Origin: the human T2T-CHM13v2.0 reference genome, Homo sapiens
NCBI RefSeq assembly: GCF_009914755.1
Contig: NC_060925.1
Direction: 5' to 3' (one strand)
Length of the DNA stretch: 64,000 bases
Shown: in pieces, positions 1 to 16,499 of the stretch
Layout: every line of letters starts with the position of its first letter
Numbering within the stretch: position 1 is the first letter of the stretch
Notes under the pieces: model-generated
What the model saw: the letters and a program-made list of their open reading frames with translations, nothing else
What the model was told of the DNA's origin: nothing
Database searches by the model: none
Position numbers and translations under genes: made by a program

Positions 1-1505
1 ATTAAAGATTTTAGCAAACATATTGCCAGCTTTCTAACACTGTTATTAAACTGCTCTCTTTTGTTAGAAAAGGTGCTGTTTGTCAGCAGTTTGTAGATTT
101 AGATATTTAGTGTGTGTTTCTGTAACCCAGCAAAATATTTATGCTTTTAAAATAATTCAATTAATATGTTATGCATGTATCTACCTGTGTGCACAATAAA
201 TACACATGGCACACACGCCATCAAAATCCTGTTTAATTATTCAGACTCACAAGGACAGACAAAGAAACATGGTGTTTCTGCAGACACATGGACTTCTCTA
301 CAGAATAAGGTGGATTTGAACATTTTAAGGTTGGGACTATTAAAATAAAATGATCAGATTGAGATCATGGCTCAGGTAATTTGGGGCAAGGGCAAAGTAA
401 CTTTCATCTGAAATATTTGTAAAATTAAGGTACACTGAAAAGGATCTGATATTTCTAGCAGAATATGCCTAGTTGAGAAAACAGTGTTCCCTCACGTTAA
501 AGGCTTAACTGTTGGAGCCATGGTTCTCAGTCAGTATGGGTGTGATTGAGGCTAGGTGGGGAAGGGCACATGAGGTCAGTGGGGGCGCTTCTGCATGCTC
601 TCTCCCACCCCCACCGTCAAATCTGCCTAGTTGCAAATCAGTGCAGCAGAGCAACAGGGGAAGAGGACAGCTGCCAGATCGGAGAGCCTGCTGCCCCAGG
701 AAAAGGCTCTCAGATCATTAGTCTTGGAAGTGAATTCATCTCACTCTTCCCAGGGTGAGCATACAGAGGGGTGACCCCTCTGGTAGTAAGCCATGTAAGG
801 TTTTACAGACTAAAGCGACCCCCTAGAAAATCCTGAAGAGCCCGAGGTCTTCACTAAGGAGGCAGGAATAGTAACTCCCAGGGGCTCATCACCTTGGAGC
901 CCAGAAGGTGGCTCTGCATGCTGCTTCAGAGTCATTCCCACCAGTGACACTATAACACTGAGGGACTGTGAGATGCATCTTCCAGTGTGGAAGCTTTGTG
1001 GCCACTTATTGCTTTGAAATTTTAATGTAAGTTTTGATATTTTGATTTAATCCTTGAATTAAATACAAACAAGTCTGAGGGCAATGACACAAATCATACA
1101 GCAAAATACATGTTCTGAAAGAATTTGCACACTAGAGAACTACTACACATCCATAAAAACCATGCGCTCTATCTAACTCCACAGGGTAGCCAACGTTAAG
1201 AGCCAGATGACTGGCCCAGGTGCAGGGGAGTGCAGAGGCCGGAGACATCCCTTCTAGTGAGGATAAGTTAAGAAGTTCTCCCAGAGGGGTAGAACCAGCA
1301 CTGAACACTGAAGAATGTGGTTGAGTGACAGGGTAGGAGTGGGGGAAGAGGACATTGTGAGCTGGGAAGATGCTGGGAAAGGAAAAGGGATATTTGGGGC
1401 ACCTTAAATAGGCTGCTTAGGCTAGAGCAGAGGTTTGTGATGGGACCTTGAGAAAACAAAGGTTTCTGGGGCTGCTCTGTCAAGGCTCAGGATCTGTACT
1501 TAATC

Positions 1506-1532
1506 TTGTTCTTGTTGTTGTTGTTGTTGTTG
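1506..1532. repeat. (TTG)n microsatellite
   Basis: Direct TTG run seen at 1506-1532. Confidence 0.85.
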
Positions 1533-2514
1533 GTGATTTGTTTTATTTGTTTCCCCTCCCCCCCTTTTAAATAAACTTTATTTTGTAAAGCAGTTTTAAG
1601 GTCACAGCAAAATTGAGGTAGAAAGTATAGAGAGTTCCCATATGCTCCCTGACCTCACATACACACAGCCAGCCTCCCCCATTCTCAACATCCCACACCT
1701 GGGTGGTACATTGGTTACAACTGATGAACTTCCACGGACACATCATTATCATCCAAAGTCCATAGTTTGCATTAGGGTTCACTCTTGATGTTGTACATTC
1801 TACGGATTTGGACAAATGTACAATGATATGCATCCACCATTATAATATCATACAGAATAGTTTCACAGCCCTGAAGACCCTCCATGCTTCCCCTATTCAT
1901 TCCTACCTCTCTCCAACTCCTGGCAACCACTGAGACCTCTATACTGTATCCATAGTTTTGCCTTTTTCAGAATGTCATATAGCTGGAATTATGCAATATG
2001 TAACCTTTCAGATTTACTTCTTTCATTTGGTAATATTCGTTTAAGGTACCTCCATGTCATTTCATGGCTTGATAGTCATTTCTTTTTAATGCTGAATAAT
2101 ATTCCATTGTCTGGATGTACCACGGTTTATTTATCCATTCACCTACTGAGGGACAACTTATTGCTTCCATGTTTTGGCAATTATGAATAAAGCTACTATA
2201 AATATCTATGTGCAGATTTTTGTGTAAAGGTGATTTCCATTTCTTTTAGAAAACACCAAGGAACTCAATGGCTGGATCATACGGTAGAAGTATGTTTAGT
2301 TTTGTAAAAAAAAACAAAACAAAACAACAACAACAAAAAACAGGCTGTCTTCCAAACGGCTGTATCATTTTGCATCCCCACCTGCAATGAATGAGAATTC
2401 CCATTGTTCTATATCCTTGCCAACATTTGGTGTTGTCAGTGTTCTGGATTTTGGCCATTCTAATAGGCATGTAGTGGTATCTCATTGTTGTTTAAATTTG
2501 CATTTCCTCAATGA

Positions 2515-2950
<436 letters not shown>

Positions 2951-3074
2951 GACATTTTTAGTTTTAATAAAGTCTAGCTTATTATCTCTTGCATGTATCA
3001 CGCCTTTGGTATTATATGTAAAAAGTCATTGCTAAACCCAAGGCAATCTATATTTTGTCCCATGTTATCTTCTA

Positions 3075-4001
<927 letters not shown>

Positions 4002-4715
4002 TTCTAAGAGTTTTATAGTTTTGTGTTTTATGTTTGGGTCTGTGAGCTGATTTTTGTGAAGGGTGTAAGGTCTGTGTCTAGATTCTTTTTTTTTTGCATG
4101 TGGATGTTTAGTAGTTCCCGAAAAGGCCATCTTTTATCCATTGTATTGCCTTTGTCAAAGATCAGTTGTCAAAGATCAGTTGACTATATTTCTATGGGTC
4201 TATTTCTGGGCTCTCTATTCTGTTCCATTGATTTATTTGCCTATTTGTTCACCAATACCACACTGTAGCTTTATGGTAAGTCTTGAAGTCAGGTAGTGTT
4301 AGTCTTCTAACTTTGTTCTTCTCTTTCAATACTGGGTTGGATATTCTGAGTCTTATGCCTCTCCTGTAGAGTCAGTTTGCCAATAACTGTATTGCAAACT
4401 GTTAGAATGTTGATTGGGTTTGCAATGAATTTATAGATCATGTTGGGAAGAACTGACATGTTGACAATGTTGGTCTTTCTATTCATGAACATGGAATATC
4501 TCTCCATTTGTTTAGTTCTTTGATTTCTTTCATCAGTTTTATAGTTTTTCTTATATAGATCTTGTATATATTTTGTTAGATTTCATTTTGAGGGTGCTAA
4601 TGTAAATGGTATTGTGTTTTTAATTTCAAAGTCCACCATTTCATTGCCAGTATATAGAAAGGCAATTGACTTTTGTATATTAACCTTGTATCCTGCAACC
4701 TTACTGCCATACTTA

Positions 4716-4772
4716 TCAGGTTAGTGCAAAAGTAATTGCAGTTTCTGCCATGTGGTTTTTGTACCAACCTAA
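4716..4772. mobile_element. MADE1 (Hsmar1-derived mariner MITE), internally deleted
   Basis: Termini TCAGGTTAGTGCAAAAGTAATTGC...GTACCAACCTAA with TA target duplications at 4714-4715 and 4773-4774. Confidence 0.88.
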
Positions 4773-6019
4773 TAGTTCTAGGAGTTTTTGGGGTTTTTTT
4801 GGTCAATTCTTTTGGATTTTCTACATAAACAATCATGTAATCTGCGAGCAAAGGTAGTTTTATTTCTTCCTTCCCAATCTATATATATTTAATTTTCTTT
4901 CCTTGTTTTATTGCACTAGCTAGGACTTCCAGTGCAATGTTGGGAAGCAGGGATGACTGGGGATACCTTTACTTTTTTCCTAATCTGAGTGAGAAAGTTT
5001 CTAGTTTCTCCCCATTAAGTATGATGTTAGCTGTAGGTTTTTTATAAATATTCTTCATTAAGTTGAGGAATTTACCCTCTATTCCTAGTCTGATGAATTT
5101 ATCATGAATTGGTATTGGATTTTCTCAAATGCTTTTTCCACACCTACTGACATTATCAAGTAATTTTTCTTTTTTAGTTTGTCGATGTGATTGATTATAT
5201 TAATTGATTTTCAAATGTTGAACCAATCTTGCATACCTGGGATAAATCTCACTTGGTCATGATATGTAATTCTTTCATACATTATTGGATTCCATTTTGT
5301 TAATATTTTGTTGAGGATTTTGCATCTATGCTCCTGAGAGATACTGTTCTGTAATTTTCTTTTCTCATAATGTCCTTTTCTGATTTTGGTAGTAGAATAA
5401 TGCAGGCTTCATAGAATGTGTTAGAAAGTATTCCATCTGCTTCTGTCTTCTGAAAGAGGTTGTAGATAATTGGTACAATTTTTCCTCAAATGTTTGGTGG
5501 AATTCACTAATGAACTCATCTAGACCCAGTGCTTTCTGTTTGGGTATATTATGAATTATTGATTTAATTTAATCAATATAGGCCTATTCAGATTGTCTAT
5601 TTATTCTTGTGTGAGTCTTAGCAGATTGTGTCATTCAAGGAATTATTCTATTTCATGTAAGTTATCAAATTTGTGGGCATAGAGTTGTTCATGATATTCC
5701 TTTATTATCCTTTTAACGTCCATGGGATCTGTAGTGATGTCCCCCTACTTTCATTCCTAATATTAGTAATTTGTGCCCTTTCTCTTTTTTTCTTAGTTAC
5801 CCTGTTCTAGCGTGGCTTATTGATTCTACTGATCTTTTCAAAGAACCAGTTTTTGGTTTGGCTGATTTTCTCTGTTGATATCCTGTTTTTAATTTCATTG
5901 ATTTCTGCTCCAGTTTTTGCAATTTCTTTCCTTCTGATTATTTTAGGTTAAATATGCTCTTCTTTTTTCTAGTATCTAAAGTGGATACTTAGATGATTGA
6001 TTTTAGAGCTTTCTGCTTT

Positions 6020-6150
6020 TCTTTTTTTAGCTTTTATTTTAGTTTCAGGGATACATGTGCAGGTTGGTTCTGTAGATAAATTGTGTGTTGTGAGGGTTTG
6101 ATGTACATATTATTTCATCACCCAGGTAAAAAGCATAGAATCCAAGATCA
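6020..6150 (-). mobile_element. Short primate L1 3'-end fragment (old L1PA/L1PB) nested in the L1MC
   Basis: T-rich tail followed by TTCAGGGATACATGTGCAGGTTGG...CATCACCCAGGTA, typical of L1P 3' UTR termini. Confidence 0.7.
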
Positions 6151-7619
6151 ACAAGTAGTTGATCCTTTTTTCTTTTCTAATATCTACATTCAATGCTATA
6201 AATTTTCCTCTAAGCACTGTTTTCACTGCATCTCACAAATTTTAATAAGTTGTATTTTCATTTTTATTTCATTTTATGTATTTTAAATTTAATTTCATTT
6301 CATTAAAATATTTTAAAATTTCTCTTGGCCCATTAATTATTTAGAAATATATTGTTTAATCTCCAAGTATCAAGCTCAGAGATTCTTTTCTCAGTGTATT
6401 CAGTCTACTAGTAAGCCCATTAACAACATTCTTAACTTCTCTTACAGTGTTTTTGTTCTCCAGTATTTTGTAAATCCTTCTTAGAACTTCCATCTCTCTA
6501 TCCATCTGTTCTTGTATGTTGCCTACTTTTTCTGTCAGATCCCTCAGCACATTAATAGTAGTTGTTTTAAATTTATGGTCTAATTATGTCAACAATCCTG
6601 CCACATGAGGGTCTGGTTCTGACACTTGCTGTGTCTCTTCAGATAGTGTTTTGTTGGGTTGTTTTGGGGGTGGGGGGGGCGGTTAATGGAGGGGTGGGGC
6701 TGGGTTTTTTGTTGTTGTTGTTGTTTGCCTTTTAGTATGTATTGTAATTTTTTTTTTAGTCTGGACGTAATATACTAGATGAGAGGAATTGCAGTAAATA
6801 GACCTTTAGTGATGTAGCAGTAAGGTGTTGTGTGGGGGTGGGGAGTAGGGGGAGGATTCTATAGTCCTATGATTAGGTCTTAGTCTTTTAGTGAGCCTGT
6901 GCCTCTAGGTTGTGAACTTCACAAGTGACTCTCAGTTTCCCCCCATATTAGATGGGACAGGGTGGATAGAAGTTGCTGGAGTTAGGTATTTCCCTTTCCC
7001 CAGTTTGGTTAGTCTGTCTAAACCCCTGATAGGTTAGGATCTGGTAAAATAATTTCTCTTGAGGGCAAGCCTTGTTAAAGAGAACAGAATGCTCTGGCAT
7101 ACTTCAAGATGGCCACTTTTTCTCCATCCCCCTGCCAGAACCATGAGGAGATGTTCACTGTGAGAACATAGTAGAGCTCCAGGCAGTAAGACTCGAAAAA
7201 GTCTGAGGAGCCTCCTAGAGTTTTTAATTCACAGATTTGTCCACACTGAGCTTTTAGTAATTAATCAATTACAGTTCAGGTTTTCCTATCCCAGCATTGG
7301 TTTCTATAAAGGTTTCTGCTTGTGGGTTTCTACTTCGGTAAGTTGTCATCCTCTTATCTGTCTGTCTGTTTCCCCGGTTTTAAGGGCAATGGTTTACCCT
7401 GTAACCTCACTTCCTGACAGATCTAAAAAGAATTGATTTTTCAGCTTGGTCAGATTTTTACTTGTTTTTAGAGTGGAGCGGCTACTTCTAAGGTTTTTAC
7501 ATGCCAGAAAGGAACCCAAAAATCTGTACTTCATCTTTAGGCAGCATGGAATTATTAAAAGATGGGTAGATTGGTTAACTGATTCATAGGTTGGATTTTA
7601 GCAGAAAGATGACATAATT

Positions 7620-8045
7620 GAAAGTTATTATGTAATGGATTTTGGAGGCTAGGCAGCTGGGCAGCTCTGCTGTCCTGGTTGGTCTCACAAGTCTGAAGGT
7701 TGGCTGGTTGTAAGCTGACCATAGATAGCCAAGGCTGGGACAACTGGAATGACTTGGATTTGATGAATGAATCTTTCATCCTCCAACAGGCTGGCCTGGA
7801 CATGTTTTTCTTCATGGTCATGGGAGAGGACAAGAGTGCAAACAGAAATATACAAGCATTACTTAAAAGCTTCTGTTTATATCATCCATTATCATCCCAT
7901 TGGCCAAAGCAAGTCACATGGCTGAGCTTAGAATCAAGGGGTAGGAAAATGGATTCCACCTCTTCATAGGGGAACTACAAAGTCACATGGCAAAAGGCAA
8001 GGACACAGGAAGGGGTGAAGAATTGGAATGATAAATGCAAATATC
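7620..8045 (-). mobile_element. MLT1 (MaLR) LTR
   Basis: MLT1 hallmarks CCCATTGGCCAAAGCAAGTCACATGGCTGAGC and AAAGTCACATGGCAAAAGGC. Confidence 0.8.
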
Positions 8046-8047
8046 TT

Positions 8048-8205
8048 GATTCAAATCCCAGTTCCTCTAGCTATGTGACCATGAGCAAAGTACCTGGAAA
8101 CTGGTATAAAAAGAGTGCCTACCTCTTAGCATCATTGTTTGCATCAAATGAAAAGACCCATATAAAACACTTAGCATAGTACTTAGCCCACATAGGTAAC
8201 TATAG
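8048..8205 (+). mobile_element. MIR
   Basis: TTCAAATCCCAG...CTAGCTATGTGACC core and AAAACACTTAGCATAGTAC tail. Confidence 0.7.
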
Positions 8206-8817
8206 GCCATGGGCACTGCATTGCAGTGGCAGAAAGAGGAGTTGAGATGCATATGGAGATTGTAGGCCTGTACTAGAGTAATGTTAATATGTTGTTCAGG
8301 ACAGGTTGGAAATCTACATCTGAATGCACCCTGAAATATGATACTGTAACCAGAAGTGAAAATGTCTAGCCATATTTGGGAGGAATAGCAAAGGATGAAT
8401 CTTCAGGAATAGGTATCCATATTCCTGTATGAGGACAATGGTAGTGCCATTCATTGATGAAAGCAAGGAGAATCAGGAAAGTTGCAGCTTCGGGACAGAT
8501 GGCAAGATGTCCACTCCATCTGGGTCTCTAACTTAGTCTCTGGGAGTTTCATGAAAAGGAAGAGCAGAAAGAGTAGTCAATGACTTTTCTTAGCATGACA
8601 TAAAACAAGGTATTTAATAATCATCCAAACCAGAGTTTTTATTTGGAAAACCTGCTGTTCTATACCATTTCTTCTGTATTAGGAAGGATAATTCTAAATA
8701 TGAAACAAAACAAAATGAAAAAACTTGGAGAGAAGACTGCCCATTAGTCTGGTTTCCAGCAAGACATTCATCGAGGGCTCTCTGACACACTTGGCCACAG
8801 CCCCATTGGAGAGGTGA

Positions 8818-9140
<323 letters not shown>

Positions 9141-10871
9141 GATTACTCTTACAATCACAGTAGAACCTGGGCTACAAGGTGCCAGAGGTAAGAGTGATGA
9201 AGAAGTTTTTACTCAATCTCATGGTTTCAATTTTTATAACAACTTTCAGTCTAATGGGTATTCACTTGCACTAGAACAATCCCAAGATGCAACCCTGAGA
9301 AAGACTCTCATGGCCCCTTAGCTTAAGCAATTGCCAGCCAAACAAAACAGCAAATTTCCCATGTACAAAGATTTAGTGCAGTGAGACTAGGATAAATAAT
9401 GAAGGCATTTGTTTATGCCTGCTTACAACATTCCTCGTAGGCAAAAAGGGGAAGAAAACATCATTCCAAGCATGCAAAGGCAGCCACTGCAGGCTCATCA
9501 AAAATATGCATTTGCTTTTGTAGTCGAAGAGTGTGAGTTTGCTCTGCTTCACCTCCTGGCCTGGGCTCCTCTGATAGCTATGTAATTTAAATGAGAAAGT
9601 TGTCCTAGGGAGTCATCACATTTCAAAGAAGTGACCCTTTTTGGATGTTGAAAGGATCCTCAGTGTTTGGGTTCACTCCCAGGTGAGGTGATGTCATAGA
9701 GTTCTTGAGATGTCATCTAGAGAAACAGACCTTGGAAAGTCTAAACAGAAGTTGTTTACCTTGTCTTTTTGCTTGTTGTGCAAATGGGCCTCAGCTTTGG
9801 AGAGAAAACAAGCACGTTTCAAGCTCAGTCAAAGTCAAAATTCACCATTGCCGTCAGTCAAACCCTGACAAAAGAGGAGCTTTTGTTCATTCTTGCAGTG
9901 ACCTGACTTCTACCATGAACTTTGTAACTAGGATGCCCATAGCATCCTCCAAATTGACCTCAAGCTGGTTGGGCTCAGCTTCACAGGGCAATTTGGGCGA
10001 GGCACTTTACTTCCTGTTCTTTCTCCTGAGGGACTGGTTCCTCTGAGTTCTCCCATTTATCCTTCTCCCCCACAACCATGCCAAGGAACTCCTGGTCCTC
10101 CTGGGAACAGAACCATTCAGGCAACCACGCTAGTCACAGTATTGTATTTCAGGCTGCATTCAGATGTGGATTTCCAACCTGTCCTGAACCTCATACATCC
10201 TTACACTGCCCTAGAGCCACTACTTTCCCAACATGCCCCACTGGCCCATATTGAGTGAGACCTGTTAAGAAAAGTCCCACCAGAGTAACTCTCTAGACAA
10301 TGCAATCAAAAAAGACTCCTTCTCCATATAATGTTCAGCCTCCAATAACTGGCTTTTGTCTTCATGGCACAGAGCTTTATGTACTTTCTCAACTGCTCAA
10401 CTGGAAATACTCTTTCTCTCTTTCACTTGCCAAATTAGGTTTAAAGAGAGGGTGCCTGGTTGCTGGATCATGCGAGGGTGTTAAATATCTCCACTGCTAG
10501 AAATCCAGCTACAGACATTAACGCCTACCTCCTGGCTCAAGAGTGAGTGTTAATGTTCCTGCTGCCAGGACATCTTTCATCCAGGGCCTCTCCCCTAGCC
10601 AGCACTCAGCCAGCGCCAGGGCCAGAGGAAGCAAGTCAAACCAGACTGGCATCCTGGCAGTGTTGATCCTCAGTTGGTGAGCACTAAACCAACAATCTCA
10701 TCTTTTTAATCACTTCCAAAGCACTTTCAAGCAGAAGACAATTCTAAAGACCAAGAAGATACAGTTCATGGGAAGCATTGCTTTTAATAATAATAAATTT
10801 GCATAGCACTTCTAATAACAAAGCATTTTTACATAAAAATAACAAAAACCTTTTCTTAAAGGTTTACTTAA

Positions 10872-11265
<394 letters not shown>

Positions 11266-11564
11266 TAACAGGCTTGGAGAGGGTAAACGGTGGGCACCCA
11301 TCACACTGCTCTCTGTTCAGCTGCCAAGTCCTTACCCTCAAACCACAGCTCCCTACTGGATTGCTGGATCCTAACAATAACTTTGTGAGCACACTAGGGC
11401 AGGCGCTGTTTTATACACCAGAAATTAGGGCATTTTGACCAAGAACAAAAAGTAGAAGACTTTGATTCAAGCTTAAGTCCAACTGAGTCCCAGATTAATG
11501 TACTTTCTACCAGTCCACACTGGCAATGATCACCCTAAGAGAATGGCATTTTCCCCAAGGCTTC

Positions 11565-11760
11565 ATCATTCAGTTATTCATTCTTCCAAATGACATATAT
11601 TTACTAAAGTCTTACTATGTGTCAAGCACTGTGTTGAGTGTAAAATATTTAAAAAATAAAGAATCGAACATAGAGCTTGCCCTCAAGTTGCTTACATCCA
11701 ATAGAGGGGATAAGGCAGGTATGAAAGCAACTCTAACATAGGTCAAAGAGCAATCATTGC
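11565..11760 (-). mobile_element. L2 3' end
   Basis: CATTCATTC...ATTTACTAAAGTCTTACTATGTGTCAAGCACTGTG, an L2 tail. Confidence 0.65.
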
Positions 11761-11767
11761 CATTTCA

Positions 11768-12073
11768 TTTATTATTTATTTATTTATTTTGAGACAGAGT
11801 CTCTCTCTTGTTGCCCAGGCTGGAGTTCAGTGGTGCGATCTTGGCTCACTGCAAACTTTACTTCCTGGGTTCAAGCAATTCTTCTGCCTCAGCCGCCTGA
11901 GTAGCTGGGATTACAGGCACATGCTACCACACCCAGCTAATTTTTATATTTTTAGTAGAGACAGGATTTCGCCATGTTGGCCAGGCTGGTCTTGAACTCC
12001 TGACCTCAAGTGATCCGCCTGCCTTGGCCTCCCAAAGTGCTAGGATTACAGGCATGAACTACTGCACCCAGCC
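11768..12073 (-). mobile_element. Alu (AluS)
   Basis: Full dimer with target-site duplication ATCATTGCCATTTCA on both sides. Confidence 0.95.
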
Positions 12074-12299
12074 CTATCATTGCCATTTCAAAAGAGCAGA
12101 TGATGATAAGTGAAGTTTGAAGGGGGCTGGGCTGATCTCTACACTTCAACATTTCTAAGCTGATCTCTACATTCTAAGCTTATCTCTACACTCCAGCATC
12201 TCACTGAAAACCCATGAAGATGTCTTTATCTTCAAAATTCAACGTATTTTACCACAAAAAGAGGAGAAGCTTACAGGAGGAGGAGACTGCTTTAGTCAA

Positions 12300-12760
12300 A
12301 CCAGTCATACCCTAGGTAACCAAATAGTTGATGAAGGGAAGTTTCTTACCATCAAAGTAGTGTAGCTAAAAAATGTCAATGAGATGATAGAATTATCACC
12401 ATTTTGCAATTCTCAAAAAAATAATGGATTTAGGCTATGATAGTCAACTGTTGCTAATATCACAAAAAAAGAGACACAAAAAGAGAGACAGATGTTATGT
12501 GTCTCCTGACAAAAGCAAATACCACCTATGAAGCAATCTTGCCAAAAATCCAAATCTGAACTTAATCAAGATTATCAGCCCACAGGAAATACAGGCAACA
12601 GAGAAATCTGTTAAATGATACCACAAGGATACAATAAATAGCATCTAGTATGTGGGAAACTCTGCAGGACAAATGAATAAGTTTCTATAGCAAATAAATT
12701 ACAAGGGAAAAAAAGAATGGGAAGATGAGCCTATAGATTAAGAGACTCAAAAGATACACC
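12300..12760 (+). mobile_element. Ancient L1M (L1MC/L1ME) 3' region
   Basis: TAGTTGATGAAGGGAAGTTTCTT, GTGGGAAACTCTGCAGGACAAATGA and CTATAGATTAAGAGACT motifs. Confidence 0.6.
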
Positions 12761-12764
12761 GCCT

Positions 12765-13114
<350 letters not shown>

Positions 13115-13308
13115 TCAAACAAACCAAATTTAAGGTGCATACGCACGCTGAGGCCTTGGATATGATGAATATCTACACATCTTGCTGACTCCTGACCACT
13201 TAAAATTATCTCTTACATGGCCCTTGAAAACCCCAATCAACCAAAATTGGCTGTGCCTCAATCAGCCAAGACTTTAAACTTGCTTTTCTGCCATGCCTTA
13301 GATTTTAA

Positions 13309-13659
<351 letters not shown>

Positions 13660-13667
13660 TAATTGTA

Positions 13668-13977
<310 letters not shown>

Positions 13978-16114
13978 TCATTTCCAGTAAGCTAGTAAAA
14001 GCTATAGTCATTTTCTAAAAAAACAAAACAAAAACAGTCTTATGTGCTTCAGGAAAACTTCTACTTGGGAGGAAGTCATGCTTTTAATTATTTTTACAGT
14101 GAAAAATCCCCAATAAGGTGAGGAGCTTGAGTTCGGGTTTGCCTACAGTTTGAGTTTAGAATCATACGTATTGATTTCCTTCAAGTGGGGATCACTTGTA
14201 GATCCTCAGGGACCAAGTCCATCCTTGTCCTTCTACCTGCTACTCCACACTAGGAAACCAGAGGGTTCTTAACATCACCCTCAATTCTTGCAGATGCATC
14301 CCCGGAGTGTTGGACTTGAAAACCTCCTGGTCCCTTCCATTTGCCTAGTGGCTTTGATACAGGCACCACCAGGGCTGGATCTTTTAGAGAGGCCCCTCAG
14401 TTTGGAATGAAAGCCTCCAGCTAACAGCAAGTGCTCACAGGACAACAGAAGTGTAGTACTTCACTGCAAAGCATTTTGCATCCTTGAGCACTTAAGAGGT
14501 AACCTTAATGAGCACAAAATATTCCTCTCTAATAAGAACATGCTGTCATAATCACCCTCCATGTGATAAATATCCTGGAAGTTTTCTCTTTGTTAGGTTA
14601 ATGCTTTTCCACAAGATAATTTAACCAATTCTCTAAAAAATAATCACACGTTATCAGGCCCCAATATAGTAATATGGTGTTGTGTGTGTGTTTTTTTTAA
14701 TGTTTTGAATCTTGCCTTAAACAAATTCCATCCAAATAAATGTTCCCTTTTTTAGGTGGCACCAAAGCTTGTGTTGTTCATTGTAACCAAGCTCGCAGTT
14801 GGCTAACTCCTCATCTAACAGTATGTCTTCTGATTTCATTTGAGCAAAATTTATCATCCACAAGCAAAGACAAAAAATGTGTGAATGTCTAAAGCTTATG
14901 TAAATTAAGGGGCTATGCATGTTATTCCTAAAAATAGTAGACAATTATAGGCATTTCTTCCCCATACAATAATTATAGGCTTCCTGTCATCTTTTCTATT
15001 CTGTATAAGGTCACAGTAGTATTATACAAAATTTACAGTATGTTAACAGTTAAAAACACAATAATTAGCAACTGTGCATCTTCAGCACCAGTGATGAATG
15101 TTCACAGTAAAAGTTTTTAAAAAAAATGCATTATTTGTTTTATGTGGACAGTACACACTTAAATTTAATCATCAACTCCTGCTACCCAATAGGCAATATT
15201 CTCTCACTATTATAATGCTATTTGCCAAGTTCATAGTATACCCTAGGGCTGAATTCATCCTTAACGAAGAGACAGGAAGCCAAATCTCTCACCGTCATCT
15301 CAACCAGGTGCACCATATTATTTTAAATTTAATAATTCTGTTGAACATATTGAATGATAATGAGCAAGCTTAGAGAAAGTACCAAGGATTATTTTGACCA
15401 TTATGATCAACATCTGATTCAGGGGAAAAAAAAATCTTCTCACTAAATAATGTAGGGAGTTCACAGGATTGCTTACTATGAGTGTTATTTTTTTTCCTCC
15501 TGCTTGTTTATATCATTCATTCAAAGGGAAAAATGTTAGGGATATTATAAGTCAGTGGATAAAAAAAGTAATTTTACAAAAAGGAGAGTTTATCCTCAGC
15601 TCTTAATTATCCATACTAATGGTAACAAAGAGCCACAGATAATACAAAATGACAGGACAGAGCTATCATTTCTGTTTTGCTTAAGGAAAAAGTCAAAGGG
15701 CCATATACCTCATTTTACGTTCCCCGGTTCTGTCATGCTGTCAGAAATGGTTTAGAAAGGATGAAGAATTAGCAAGAATGGGGCAAGAGAAGGTTCCAGA
15801 GGCCCAGAATCCTCAATCACAAACCCCATTCGTGGTTACATGTATCATCTGGTTTGCTCAGTGGTTTCATACCTTGGACTATGAAGGGTTCTTCCCCTGT
15901 TTGTCATGCTGGGGCCTAGAAGATCACTGTAAACAGGAATGCTCGCCTCTAGGGCTGTGCCCCTCAAAGGTAATTCAGAACCCAGAGACCAGCATCCCAG
16001 CAGGAACTATGAATAGATGAGAGCAACCATTTGGCTTTGTGTTTAAAAACACCTGATTGACTGATGCCCATCTTAGCCATTTCCCTCCTGAGCGGAACAG
16101 TATGTATAGAAATT

Positions 16115-16290
16115 AAGACTATGGACTCCAGAGTCAGACTTTCTTGGTTCAAATCCCAATGCTACTCTTCAAGCTCCATGACCTCAGGTGTAACCTTTTT
16201 ATGACTCAGTTTTCTTATCTATAAAATGGGGAAACTAATAATTGTGAGCATTAAAAGAATATATAAGTGAGATATATAACCATTGTGTGA
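16115..16290 (+). mobile_element. MIR
   Basis: GGTTCAAATCCC...CTCAGTTTTCTTATCTATAAAATGGGG core. Confidence 0.75.
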
Positions 16291-16499
16291 TTAAATGTCC
16301 CTCAGCCACTAAGACTTGCTGTGGCAATTGACCAGACTGCAATCCATTTGGAGCTACTACCTTGGAATCTTCCGCACAACAATGCCAAATCCCCACCACC
16401 ATGAAGGCAGTCTCATCTTTTTGCTGGTCAGTCCTTAAGAATAATGTAAAATATGCCTCAAATTAAGAGCACAAGTTTTGGGATCAGGTAAGTCAACAA

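Noticed and set aside
6660-6860. G-runs (G4-like)
   Set aside because: They lie within degenerate L1 5' region low-complexity sequence, with no independent sign of function.
15081-15100. TTCAGCACC, a REST/NRSE left half-site
   Set aside because: The right half (GGACAG) is absent at canonical spacing.
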